Made by a program: the position numbers and the translations under genes. DNA of 63,578 bases, filler included, from Lenisia limosa (Eukaryota > Protista > Breviatea), in the NCBI GenBank assembly GCA_001655205.1. It is 12 parts of 12 records of this genome, joined end to end, with 100 filler letters (N's around TTAATTAATTAA, not from the genome) between each part and the next. Parts side by side here need not be neighbours in the genome. Positions count along the whole stretch, not along the records: positions 12,023 to 18,292 come from LPNZ01001069.1; positions 18,393 to 22,128 come from LPNZ01006786.1; positions 22,229 to 24,509 come from LPNZ01005722.1; positions 24,610 to 29,195 come from LPNZ01007341.1; 8 more parts are not named here. One strand, written 5' to 3'. The notes under the pieces are model-generated. The model had not been told where the DNA came from. It ran no database searches and was given only the letters and a program-made list of their open reading frames with translations. Of the stretch, positions 12,731 to 24,623 are shown piece after piece (position 1 is the stretch's first letter; every line of letters begins with the position of its first letter).

Positions 12731-15700
12731 GGGAGCAGTTTGTAGCCTGTCCAAGCGGGTCATCAGGATGTATCGGCGCCTCGAGATGTGCTGATGGTTA
12801 TGAGGTATGGGGGTATTGATATGAGGTTAACAGGAACCGGGAACGGACCCGAGAGTGAAGTTTTATCTATTGTGTTTTCAATTCACACTTTCCTCACAAT
12901 CATAGACAAAACCTGACTCTTTCCTTTATATCAGAGATTAAATGTGACCTTTCCTCATTCAGAGACAAGCCAAGACTTTTTCCTCTATATCAGAAACAAA
13001 ACATGATAAATGACAATATTTTGTATCGTTCCTTATATTACCATACTCAAGACATAACACTTTCAGGACTGTAGGTATTGTAGTGTATCTAATTCATGAC
13101 CCCATAACCCTCCATCATAATCCATTTTATTGTTAGTGGCTTTTTTTTAAAAAAAAATTCCAATTTTACTCTTCCAGAGCTTCCTTTGCGGAGAATGCAG
13201 TGATAGTTACTACCGCAGAGGCCAGGTGAGAAGGGTTATATTATTGGTGGTTGAGGGTAGGGCTTTGGTTCGAAAAACGGGCAAAATATCGATAGTTTTT
13301 AATGATTTTTTGAGAAATTTAGTCTGTTTTTCGAACCGAACTGAAGTCCAAGTTGGAGCTAGATTTTGATATTGTATCAGTCTTTTCTTTTGGAATTCAA
13401 CAATTCCATTATCATTTTAGGAATATATCCAATGCAACTTGTTACTCCCTTTATCATGATCTTGTTGAGCTTGTTACTTTCATTTATTATCATACTTTAG
13501 GAATGTGTGGAATGCAAGGCCGTTTCAAGCCTGTTACTCCCAGTGTTTGTGCTCCTTTCCTTCGTTATTGTAGCCTTCCTCTTTGTCCTTGGCTGGAAGG
13601 TGCGGGGGAACAAAAGGTGGTTGGGAGGTGCGAAAGCGACTGGCCTGGATTTTGTTTGNNNNNNNNNNNNNNNNNNNNNNNNNNNNNNNNNNNNNTGTGT
13701 TGTCAGCCAACAGAGTTGATTTTGGACTTAATTTGTTGCATCAATCTCCCCTCACTATTCAATCTCCCCTCACTATTCAATCTCCCCTCACTATTCAGCC
13801 CGAGGCGGGTATCTCGCGTCTCTCAATCCTTCGAATTCTCTTCCAATTCATCCAGGTGGGTGTGTAGGACTTCAATTTGATTCGAAAACAGACTGTATTT
13901 CTCGATAAACCATCGAAGTTTACTGATGTTGTTTCATAGTTATCCCAATTTTTTTATCTTCCATGTATCCAGGAATTTATATTGAATGGATTTTCTCGAT
14001 AAATCATCGATATATTCGATAGTTTGCATATCTTTTTCGTACTTGAATGAGCCACTAAGACCAGTTATTATTTTCACCGGTTTTTATTTTTTATAACCGC
14101 TCAGACCATCGCTCTCATTGGTACTTTCCAACTCAATTGGCCCGAAGAGCTCGAGACCATTTTCCACTACTTCAGCGCTATTAACTTAAACTTGGAGGTA
14201 TGAGGGCGCTGGTAATATGATCACATGATATTCAGTCTTGCTCAGTTGTCATCTAATCCCTTGAACATGCATTATTCCCACCTTTCCCTCAGGTCACACA
14301 GCTTTGAAATAGGATGTAATTCAATATCAACGTTTCCTTAGCACTATGATTGATAGAGTATGATGATTTGTTCCCCTTGCTTTTATTTTAATGTATTGTG
14401 TATTATCCATGCTCAAATAATGAATATAATATGCAATAGTACCGTCTAATCTCTCAGGTGACACAGCCCGAATGCAGCGCCTTCAAAGGAATGTCATGGC
14501 TCGACGTTTGTCCTATGGCCTGGGTTTTATACTGGATATGGCCTGGGTTTTATACTCGATATGGCCTGGGTTTTATACTAGAAATGGCTTATGTTTGCAC
14601 TTTTTATTCTGACTATGGCTTGGGACTGAAGTGAATCCCTACTCACAAAATTGGCCTTCACTTTGGTTCGAAAAATATCGATAATTTTCCAAGATTTAAC
14701 GAGAAATTCAGTCTTTTTTTCGATCCAAGTGAGACTCTACTCACAATGTTTAGATGTACCGCCTGCAGCTGATGATCATTCCTGTGGCCCTTCTTCTCGG
14801 TGGCGTTGTTTTCCTCATTGCCTCCGTTTTGACCAAGGACAAGAGCGCTTCAAAGTACGCTGGGATACCGCCACCTATTTTTCTTTATCATGTCTACCCC
14901 TAGAAAACAATTAATACATTCACCAAAACTGTATACAGTTACCAAAATCGTCGATTCTGTGATAAAATTACGATTTCTGTCACAGCAAAAGTGGCCATGG
15001 TCCATATTCTCTCACATTTACCTGTTTTTACCTGTTTAGAAACGCTTGGATTAGGCTGAACATGCTTGTGGCTACCATGCTCTACCTCCCTGCTTGCTTG
15101 GTGGGGGGAGTTAGGGCTTCACTTCGGTTCAAAAATAGCTGAATTTCTCGATACATCCTCGAAAACTGTCGATATTTTTCCGTATTTTTGGAACCGAAGT
15201 GAAGCCCTAAGAGCTCTGTTGTACACCAATATGTTTCATGATGGCTTTTTGAACATGTGAAAGTGTGAAAGTGTGATAGTATCTCTAGGGCTTCCCTGCG
15301 GTCCCAAAAAGACCAGTCATATATCTATATTTATCTTGGATTTAGCGATTGTTTCGGGTATTTCTGGGACCGTAGGGAAGCCCTAAGTATATCACACTTT
15401 AGTCGAATGTAGATTGGATTTGCATATCAGCTACGACTTCGTGCAATTAATTTTGGCAGTAATTAATGGACAAAATTTGATATAAAAGTGTCTGAAATTG
15501 AGTTCACACTACAATATATCCCCTTTCAAAAATTAAAATTTCCATTAATTTCAGGAACTACTAGATTAGGGAAATTTGTTCCTATTAAGCAGAGCGTCCC
15601 CGTCCCAAATAAGAACAAATTTCCCTAGTTCTTGATATTTCACTCAGTTTTTTCGAATGTGGAGGAGTGCTGCAACATTTACATTCATTGGGCTTTTTTG

Positions 15701-18273
15701 CAGTCAAGTCTCTATTGAAACTCGGATCATAAAGAGTAAAGTCTCTTTTGAAACTAGAATCATAAAACTCCTGCGTTTCAACTGCACAAAGAAAACTCCC
15801 ACGGTTTCACTATTTTAGATATCTTTGAAGTACTTTGACTGCCAAGAGATTGGTGACGAGTACTACTTACGTTCTGGTTGGCTTTCTGGGTCTTTTTCTT
15901 TTTCTCTTTTTTGAAAATAATACCGCTTGCGTGTGTTTCTCCAACAAAATCTTCCTTTTCTTGAATTTTCCCCCACAGTCTTCCTTTTCTTGAATTTTCC
16001 CACACAATCTATTATTATTTCACACACTCACATCTTGACCTTTCAGCCCCTTCAGTCCAGTGTTACAGTGGCGAACACAACGACAACATTCTCTTCGGAG
16101 TCATTGTGTCAGGTTCGCTCATAGGGCTTCACTCTGGTCGAAAAAGACCGATAAAATTTCGATAGTTTTCGAGGATTAATCGAAATTCTGTTTTATTTTT
16201 TTTAACCTAAGTGAAGCCCTAATTGAAATAGGATGGGGCTAAAGCTAATCCAGAAAACGGGTGATTTTTGCGAGCATCAATTTATTTTTATTATTTTACG
16301 GGTCTTTTTTTTCGTATCGGACTGTAATGGTTAGGCTCCTTAGGGATGGGAATGTTGGGAACTAATAGCCCTCATGTGTGAACTGCTGAGGCATAAGTAG
16401 GGCTTCCCACGGTCCGAAAAAGACCGTTTAAACATCGATATTTATCGAGGATTTATCGAGATTCAGTCCTTTTTGGGATCGCAGGGAAGCCCTATTGATA
16501 TGTGTATTATTTCTGATTTAGTACTTGAAACAGTATCAATTAATGTATCATAAAGTGATATGATAATCTTGATATAGCTACATGTATCTAATGACAATAG
16601 TAATGTGATGTATTGTGCCATAATAGGGCTTCACTTTGGTTCGAAAAAGTCCGGTGAAATATCGATAGTTTTCGAGGATTTATCGAAATATTCAGTCTTT
16701 TTTTGAACCGAAGTGAAGCCCTTTGCGCGATCTTCTGTAAGAAGATAGTGTTGCACTGTGGTTTAAAAGTTTTAATTAATGATTTTTAACAATGATCAGT
16801 ACTTTTAAATAATATCAATCAACAATGCAGTTCTGCACTGTTTGGGCATTCCACTGATTGTTGTTGCCGTCTTCAAAACCACCCTGGCAACTGACTCCAA
16901 ACGCCGAACAGGCTATATTTGCTCCCGGTGGGGTGGGGGGGGGGGNNNNNNNNNNNNNNNNNNNNNNNNNNNNNNNNNNNNNNNNNNNNNNNNNNNNNNN
17001 NNNNNNNNNNNNNNNNNNNNNNNNNNNNNNNNNNNNNNNTATATCATATTATATGTTATGATATACTTTATTAAAAATAACTTGATATACTATAAATGAA
17101 CGACACTCACACTTTAGCTTCGGCTTCATGTATGAGCGTTTCATGGACGAGTCGTACTATTGGGAGGTGGTCGTCATGACACGCTTCCTCGCTTTAGCTC
17201 TTGTTGTTCGCCTTATTGCTGTTGCAGAGTCCCAGGTTTGTGTTTACTGCTTAGTCTTATAACGATTGGCTGCAGATATAGCTTACGTCCGTTATTTAGT
17301 TTTCATATGAGCGTAGGGCTTCATTTCGGTTTGAAAAAGAGTAGTGAATTTTCGAGGATTTTCCGAAAAATTCGGTCTTTTTTTGAACCGAAGTGAAGCC
17401 CTTTATGCGTCATGGGGTGGACGGCTTTGGCCAGATACAACCTATTTATAATAGTATATTATACGCATATAATAGATTACAACATAGTTTACTCTTCTCT
17501 AGTTGTAACATATTGACCTTTTATTTTAAAAAAACGATTCTCATTCTCCGCTAGGTTGTGCTAATGATGGTTGTTCTTTTAGTGACACTCCTTGCACAAA
17601 CATATAAAAAGGTGGGAATCTTAATGCATAGCTCCGTGTAATTATTTTATTTTTTTGAGGAATTAATTTATAAAATTTGAAACCATTGTATCTGGAATAG
17701 GGCTCTCGTTATAATGTCCGACTTAATTTTTCAATTAATTGCAGGGAAATTATTACCATGATTACAACTTTGGTTTTTCACAACCCAGCCCTACGCCAAT
17801 TCAGCTCTAAACTCCGCTGAAGTGCTAGCCCTAATCACTTGTTTCATTATCTTAGCGACAGGTATGTTTTTTTTTTTTGCGGGAGCGATTCACTTTAAGT
17901 TCTAATAAAAGACTGAATTTCTCGGTAAATCTTCGATATTTCACTCGGCTTTTGAAAAAATATATACTCCTCGCAATCCAGCCCCATTCACTTTTTGCAC
18001 CCACCCCTTAAAATTTCTGTGTTTTTACCCCACACCGTTTTGTATTATTATTTTTTTTTGTTTTGTTTTTTTGTTTCATATAGTTTCCAATCCCCCACCC
18101 CTCCCGTCAAAACAATTAAAAATTTTCTAGGCCTAGCATTTAAGGACAATACGCTCTCCGACCGGGCGGAGACGTTTGTGACCGTCTACGCCATAGCCGC
18201 CCTGTTGGCCATGTTTGGCCTTATCGTTTTCTTGGTCCTGAGATTCGTCGCAGATGCCGAGGAAATCAAAATG
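12731..18273 (+). CDS. Cys-rich ectodomain plus multi-pass (about 7) TM receptor-like protein (TRP/PKD2-like C-terminal family), partial
   Basis: About 16 exons: CPSGSSGC, FLCGECSDSYYRRGQECVEC, ILRILFQFIQ, LNWPEEL, FDC...YYL...VQCYSGEH, FGFMYERFMDESYYWEVVVMTR, PYANSALNSAEVLAL. Confidence 0.8.
13258..13350. mobile_element. MITE family A, degenerate copy (intronic)
   Basis: tagggc..ttggttcgaaaa ... tttcgaaccgaactgaagtcc. Confidence 0.75.
13741..13794 (+). repeat. 18-bp tandem repeat x3 at an intron 3' end
   Basis: tcaatctcccctcactat x3 followed by tcag acceptor. Confidence 0.95.
14514..14580 (+). repeat. 23-bp tandem repeat x3 at an intron 5' end
   Basis: tatggcctgggttttatact(g/c)ga. Confidence 0.95.
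14652..14739. mobile_element. MITE family A, degenerate copy (intronic)
   Basis: ggccttcactttggttcgaaaaa ... ttttcgatccaagtgagactcta. Confidence 0.75.
15112..15209. mobile_element. MITE family A (intronic)
   Basis: TA-GGGCTTCACTTCGGTTC ... GAACCGAAGTGAAGCCC-TA. Confidence 0.9.
15286..15385. mobile_element. MITE subfamily B (intronic)
   Basis: TA-GGGCTTCCCTGCGGTCCCA ... TGGGACCGTAGGGAAGCCC-TA. Confidence 0.9.
15567..15627. mobile_element. 61-bp hairpin element with TAGGG/CCCTA ends
   Basis: tagggaaatttgttc ... gaacaaatttcccta inverted repeat. Confidence 0.7.
16122..16221. mobile_element. MITE family A, 9 nt after a 5' splice site
   Basis: TA-GGGCTTCACT ... AGTGAAGCCC-TA with family core. 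Confidence 0.88.
16398..16494. mobile_element. MITE subfamily B (intronic)
   Basis: TA-GGGCTTCCC ... GGGAAGCCC-TA with family core. Confidence 0.88.
16624..16722. mobile_element. MITE family A (intronic)
   Basis: Near-consensus copy. Confidence 0.9.
17314..17402. mobile_element. MITE family A, internally deleted (intronic)
   Basis: Both TIRs present, core about 10 bp shorter. Confidence 0.85.
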
Positions 18274-18410
18274 GTGCGCGGGGGGGGGGGGGNNNNNNNN
18301 NNNNNNNNNNNNNNNNNNNNNNNNNNNNNNNNNNNNTTAATTAATTAANNNNNNNNNNNNNNNNNNNNNNNNNNNNNNNNNNNNNNNNNNNNCCCCCCCC
18401 CCCCCCTTAG

Positions 18411-21400
18411 GAGCACCGTTATTGTCGACATTCAGACCGATGTGATTGATACTATTGCCGGCTCGGGAGGTCTCGTCGGAACCTTATGGGGCCCTGGGTG
18501 GGCCAACTAAACCATCAGAATCTGATATTAATTGACGTTTATACACTGACTTATTATACTACAATGTTGATACGAATTATTATCACAGTATATAAAATGG
18601 TAAATCTCATATATTATATGTACATCATATCATCATATGCATATGATATATTTTATATGCATATTATCATATCATAGGCATATGATATATTGAATGATCA
18701 AAAGAGCTTGGGACGACAACTGACGTTGAAGGTATCGTTATCCCTCGATGCTTGTTCAGTCCACCTATGTCGTTGCTACCATCAATGACGACACCGTTGG
18801 GGGGGGGGGGNNNNNNNNNNNNNNNNNNNNNNNNNNNNNNNNNNNNNNNNNNNNNNNNNNNNNNNNNNNNNNNNNNNNNNNNNNNNNNNNNNNNNNNNNN
18901 NNNNTCAGGTCTGTTAACTTTCAATTTGTTGGAAATCTCACGTTACCCCCTCCCCTTCCCGCAGAATATTGGAGGCTTCTTTGGTACTTTAGACGGCTCA
19001 GCAGTCCGTATTGAGGCATCTGAGGCGTATATAACTGCTGGTATGGGGGGGTATATAAATCAATATAAAACAGTTTAAATCAATAATAATCAACAGTAAT
19101 AATACCAGAGAGAATCAATCAATGCTCAATAAATATGAAAAAAATTAAGATCAAGAATGCAAAATATACCGTTTTATGGGCAATTATTTTGCTCTAATCA
19201 AACAGTTGGTCTCTCGCGTGTTGGAGGAGCAGTGGGATTCTTGTTCAAGTTTGAGGGGGGGGTATTTTTATCCCACTAGATAATACATATTATATACATA
19301 CATGTACATATTCTTGTATTATATGTAATATATAATTACATGTAATACATACATCGTATATCATATTTTAATTTTATAAACATTTCAATCATATACTAAT
19401 ACATAATACATATGATATGTATATTTTGTCACCATGAAGAGATTCGACCCTCGAGATCGAAGGCAGTAAAATCGAGTACAACTTCCGAGCCAATCAAACT
19501 GCCGGCGTTATTGGAGAGGTGGGGGTGTTGGTCAGGGCTTCATTTCGGTTCGAAAAAGACCGGTAAAATGTCGAGTTTTTGAAGATTTATGGAGAAATTC
19601 AGTCTTTTTTTCGAACTGAAGTGAAGCCCTAATGTTAGCAAGTGTGGAGGGGATGTGACGTGATGAATAGAGTTCCTTACTGTCTGGACTTACTCTTCAG
19701 AGTTCCTGCCACACCTGCAGCCTAGCTGTGGACGCCGTCCTTATCTCCGGCAAGTCTAATGCCGAGGACCACGAGGTGTTTACTAAATAGTGGGGTTTTA
19801 ACACATGTTATTTAGAACTTCTCTTCGGTTCGAAAAACCCCGGTGAAATATCGATATTTATCGAGGATTTATCGAGAAATCCAGTCTTTTTGGGACCACA
19901 AGGAAGGGCTATGTTTCACATATTTTATTGCAGTGCTCACTCTCATTACTCACTCCTCCACCTTTTACCACCCACACCTCTTCTTATTTGATCAGCACGG
20001 AGCTGAAGACTGCTTCTGTAAACGGCACAATTTCCTTCTCTGAAAGGTGAGAGTGACGTGATAAGTCTTGACCGACTTGTCTTGGGGAAATTACATAGCA
20101 AATCTGTCATGACTTATCCCGGTTACAATAACTCTCTCAGATTGGACGTTGGAATGGCTCTCTTAGGGCCCTCCAATTTGGTAGGCAGTGTCATCATCAT
20201 GTGTTGTATTGAACTCTGTGTTCTCTATTATTACCAGTATCTCTTATTAGCGTGATGGTGTGAAAGGTTTGAGCCAGATACACCTTGTTATATTTCTCGT
20301 TTTGTATGTACTATATTAATATTAGTGAGACCTAAATTGTTTCATTTCCAGCAGCTTTGAATACTAAATTGATGAGTATTTTCCATCCCATCCCACACCC
20401 CCCCCCCCTCGCGCGCGTTTTCNNNNNNNNNNNNNNNNNNNNNNNNNNNNNNNNNNNNNNNNNNNNNNNNNNNNNNNNNNNNNNNNNNNNNNNNNNNNNN
20501 NNNNNGGCCTGGGTTTGTTTGTTTTGTTGTTTCCAACCCTCGTGTGGTGTCAACAGAGTTGACTTTTGGGCTATTTTATATTTTCATTAATTTTCCATTT
20601 ACCACTCTCCCAGGTATTTGGCCCACATTTCACGACCGATCTTGATAGCGCCCCTCAAATTGCCCAGGTACGGGGACTGGGGGGGGGGCTCTTCGTTAAC
20701 ATTATTTTTAACTTTTTGACAAGAGAAATACTGTATATATACATGTATATATTCCAAATCTCGAGTAACAAATGCATACAGATAAACAAATTACCATGCT
20801 CCACAACCATGCTCCACAACTTCCAATTGAGCCGTATTGTAACAATAGCTTGAAACTGTATTATAACACTCGACGCATTGGCTTGGGATTCTGATGAACA
20901 CTACTGCGCATTGCCTTGGGATTCTTAGAAAGTTGGGATTCCCATTATTTACAAAGAAATCCCATGGATTTTTTTTGGAAATCTGAAGCAACTTCTCAGG
21001 TTCCCTAATGCCCTATGGGAATCTGAAGTAGATGCGTCGTTGTGTTAAAATACAGAGTTTCAGGCTATTGTTACAATATGGATCAATTGGAAGTTGCTGA
21101 GCGAGCATGGTAATCTGTTTATGGTATTTGTATGCATTTGTTGCCCGATATTTGGAAGAAACAAACCGCACGTGGGGGGAGAGGGAGAGAGAGACAGCCA
21201 CCTACCTTCTTATCAAACTCCATTCACTGCAACCCCAGGAAACTGAACTTGACACAGTCCTCAGAAGTCAGGAGTACGAGGCTGTGTTTGCCTTTGAAAA
21301 CCGCACCGTGGGGGGGGGGGGNNNNNNNNNNNNNNNNNNNNNNNNNNNNNNNNNNNNNNNNNNNNNNNNNNNNNNNNNNNNNNNNNNNNNNNNNNNNNNN

Positions 21401-21623
21401 NNNNNNNNNNNNNNNNNNNNNNNNNNNNNNNNNNNNNNNNNNNNNNNNNNNNNNNNNNNNNNNNNNNNNNNNNNNNNNNNNNNNNNNNNNNNNNNNNNNN
21501 NNNNNNNNNNNNNNNNNNNNNNNNNNNNNNNTCATAAATCTTCCAATTCCCACTCACCCCGTACCCTTTTGACGGTACAGGACTGGCTGTTTGAAAACGG
21601 CAAGAAATTTGCTCCCAACAGAT
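18411..21623 (+). CDS. Putative surface protein with GLUG-like Gly-rich beta-solenoid repeats, partial
   Basis: Exons encode SGGLVGTL, NIGGFFGTLDGS, RVGGAVGFL, TAGVIGE, ASVNGTISF. Confidence 0.6.
19533..19631. mobile_element. MITE family A (intronic)
   Basis: agggcttcatttcggttcg ... cgaactgaagtgaagcccta. Confidence 0.88.
19813..19911. mobile_element. MITE with A-type left end and B-type right end
   Basis: cttcggttcgaaaa left; ttttgggaccacaaggaag right. Confidence 0.75.
20052..20127. mobile_element. MITE family G, filling most of a 94-nt intron
   Basis: gtgacgtgataagtcttgaccga ... tctgtcatgacttatcccggttac; matches 26360-26448. Confidence 0.65.
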
Positions 21624-22282
21624 GTAGGCTTGGGGGGGGGGTGAAGAGACTTGAGGCATTTGAGAGCGTAGATAAGAGCAGAAAATGACTTGAAGGTATT
21701 GAAGTGTTGTCTAAATATCTTATCGGTGACGTTACGGCATAATACCGCCTTGTCCCTCTTGTGTATTGCTTCACTTTCAGTTCCAAATATAAATCCCGAG
21801 AAATAGCGATGTTTTACATGTCTTCTAGAACCTAGAGTGAAGCCTTACTTTTGAGCCTCTTCCACAGTTATTCGTGCCACCATTTTCAGCATTTATTCGT
21901 GCCTCAAATTAACTTATCAGATCAAATGAATCGCTGCAGCGAAAACACCTATCCGAAACTTCGCGCTAGTGGGTTTGGAAGATATTTGTTTCCCAAGATT
22001 AAATCAAATTGCCTCTTTCACAGCCCAGCTGGACACTCGGAAATCCGTATTTCAACTTGTGAGGATCTCAGAGTGAGGAGGGGGGTGGGGGACTGAATAT
22101 ACAAAATTTAATGAAACGAAAAACCAAANNNNNNNNNNNNNNNNNNNNNNNNNNNNNNNNNNNNNNNNNNNNTTAATTAATTAANNNNNNNNNNNNNNNN
22201 NNNNNNNNNNNNNNNNNNNNNNNNNNNNCTTATTCACCATACTGTACTCGGCAGACTTAAAGTAACGCATACAACAACAACA

Positions 22283-23080
22283 AAAGGTACCACAGAAACT
22301 ATCAACATTAACTGCTCTGTTACGTCATCTCTAAGTCGATCTAAATCATCAAAATCGTTCAAAAACGTAAAATAAATCTTGTTGGAAATATGCTTCCTAT
22401 AAATCATAGTATATTCAGAATTTGAAAATTTGCTTATGAAGGCTTTTTAACCCAGATTACTGTTGAGGACATGTTTGAATAAATTAATATGAAAAAAAGA
22501 ATATGATATGTTATTTGGGGTATTTCAAAAGATTACGGACATTAATATCTCGTAAACTCCTACGATTATATAATAATATCATATACAATTAAAAAAAAAT
22601 TGTACAAAGTCAACTCTTGAATAGTATTCCCTTCTCACTTTTTGTTTGCATTGTTCAAGGTCCATATTTCCTTGGTGTCTAACAATAGTTCCTGTGTCAG
22701 TTTTAATTGAGACCTGAAATCATTATAAAAAACACTCCGGGGGGGTGTTACAGATCTGGACAACAGAAAGACCGTTTACGCAGAATACAAAAGTCGATTT
22801 TTGGCCTTGGGACTAATGTGCCCAATAACTTCCTGCAATGTAACAAGTAATAAATGTTATAGGATCTGAGAAATGTTGATGTATGAAAATCTGGATGGAG
22901 TAATACGGGTGCGAAATTAACATAAAAAGAAGAATAATTCGAATAAATGGGGTAATACTATACACAGAGTACATTCCCACAATAAATGCCCTGAACTCAC
23001 TTTTGTTAAAAAATCAGCTTACTTCGGGCTCGATCCAAGCTCCTTTGAGTCATAGACGGAAGCATAACCCCTCGACTATC
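22283..23080 (-). CDS. Probable hypothetical gene fragment
   Basis: Several GT-AG-bounded open segments (SQLKLTQELLLDTKEIW; FLNDFDDLDRLRDDV); frame linkage ambiguous. Confidence 0.3.
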
Positions 23081-24623
23081 TTATTACAAGAAGGTTTCAG
23101 TGAAAAGGGAATCTGCTTAAATAACCCATTTCAATTCAGTTCAGTTCATAAATTTACGATATTATTTCAGTGCTTCAGTCTTAACGAGGGGATCAAGGCA
23201 TACATTTTGGTAAATTCTCAACAAATTTTAGTCAAAATTGGGATATTTTTGGTATTTCGGTTCGCACTCAGGTTGGTGTTCNNNNNNNNNNNNNNNNNNN
23301 NNNNNNNNNNNNNNNNNNNNNNNNNNNNNNNNNNNGCTCTGAAAAGACAGGTTGTCAGCCCCAGATCTCCTCTACTACCCCATGACTGAGCCCCCCCCTT
23401 ATATGCACCTTGTTACCGCAAGTCAGCCTCTCAGGGTGGTTCACTCTCCCCCCGGGGGATTCCTGAAAATGGACTGGCTCCGAAGGAAATGTCAAAAATG
23501 AAAATGGGCTGGCTCCGAAGTAAATGTCAGAAATCGGTTCGAAAACAGGATAGATGAGAGACTGGCTTTTTGACATCTTTACATACCGCCAAATTGTTTC
23601 AGCTTTTTTTCCTTTTTGTGCCGATAATTCTTTTTAACATCACCATTTTTTTGAAATATAGAGCAGGAATACTTTTCAATTTTCCAAATGTAATCATCAA
23701 TTTACCTGCGGACGCACTGATTCAAAAGGGAAAAAAAAAGAAAAAAAAAGAGTTAAATGTACTGTTTTTAAGTTGTTGTGGTCCAATTGTACATCAATCC
23801 TTGATAATGGTAAATGAGACAATCTTAGGCATTAAATGACCTAACTTCTCAACAACTTAGCATAAATAACGATTTGTCTGTATTCTAAGGCTTGATATAA
23901 TGCAATACAGAGATTGAGATCGCAGTTGGTAACCCTCTGTGGCTCGTGTTATCGTGGTGGCAGGCGCACCTGATAGAGGTTATTCGGGGATTATTTCATG
24001 TTTCCTTTTTTTATCAATATTTTTAATGACTTTTCTGCGAATATAAAATATCTTCCGCGTTTCTCACATGTTTGCTTTTTAACATTAGTATAGAAAAGCT
24101 TCCCGACTATTGTCAACTCGGCTCGGGCTGTTTTTGGTTCTGATTGTGAAGACAATATCGTTGAAGAAGCCAGATCATCACTGCGGACCCTCTTTCTCCA
24201 CACAATTGGCTGCCTTACCTCCCACTGCAAGCAGCTCTTACAGTGATAGGTTTTTTGAGGTTATGGGCGATGTTGAAGGTGCTAGAAACCTTTTCACAAT
24301 CTGTAAGTCTGTCCCATGTTGTCAAGTGTCGGAGCTCTTTAGTCAACCATTTCATCTAAAAAGAATAATTGGGAAAGAAAAAGAACCAAAAAGTCTAAAA
24401 GCAGTGGAAACGACCACGGTATTCGCAAGAAATAGGACAGAAATTGTTCTCCCTTTTAATTCTTACCATTATAGACGTGTGATACTTTTTTGGAGTACAT
24501 CGGTCAATANNNNNNNNNNNNNNNNNNNNNNNNNNNNNNNNNNNNNNNNNNNNTTAATTAATTAANNNNNNNNNNNNNNNNNNNNNNNNNNNNNNNNNNN
24601 NNNNNNNNNGTACTAATATACAG

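Noticed and set aside
17698-17793. Element whose CCCTA end supplies the acceptor and first codons (introner-like)
   Set aside because: The CCC TAC is the conserved Pro-Tyr motif of the protein; similarity to family C stops near 17748, so the match is likely coincidental
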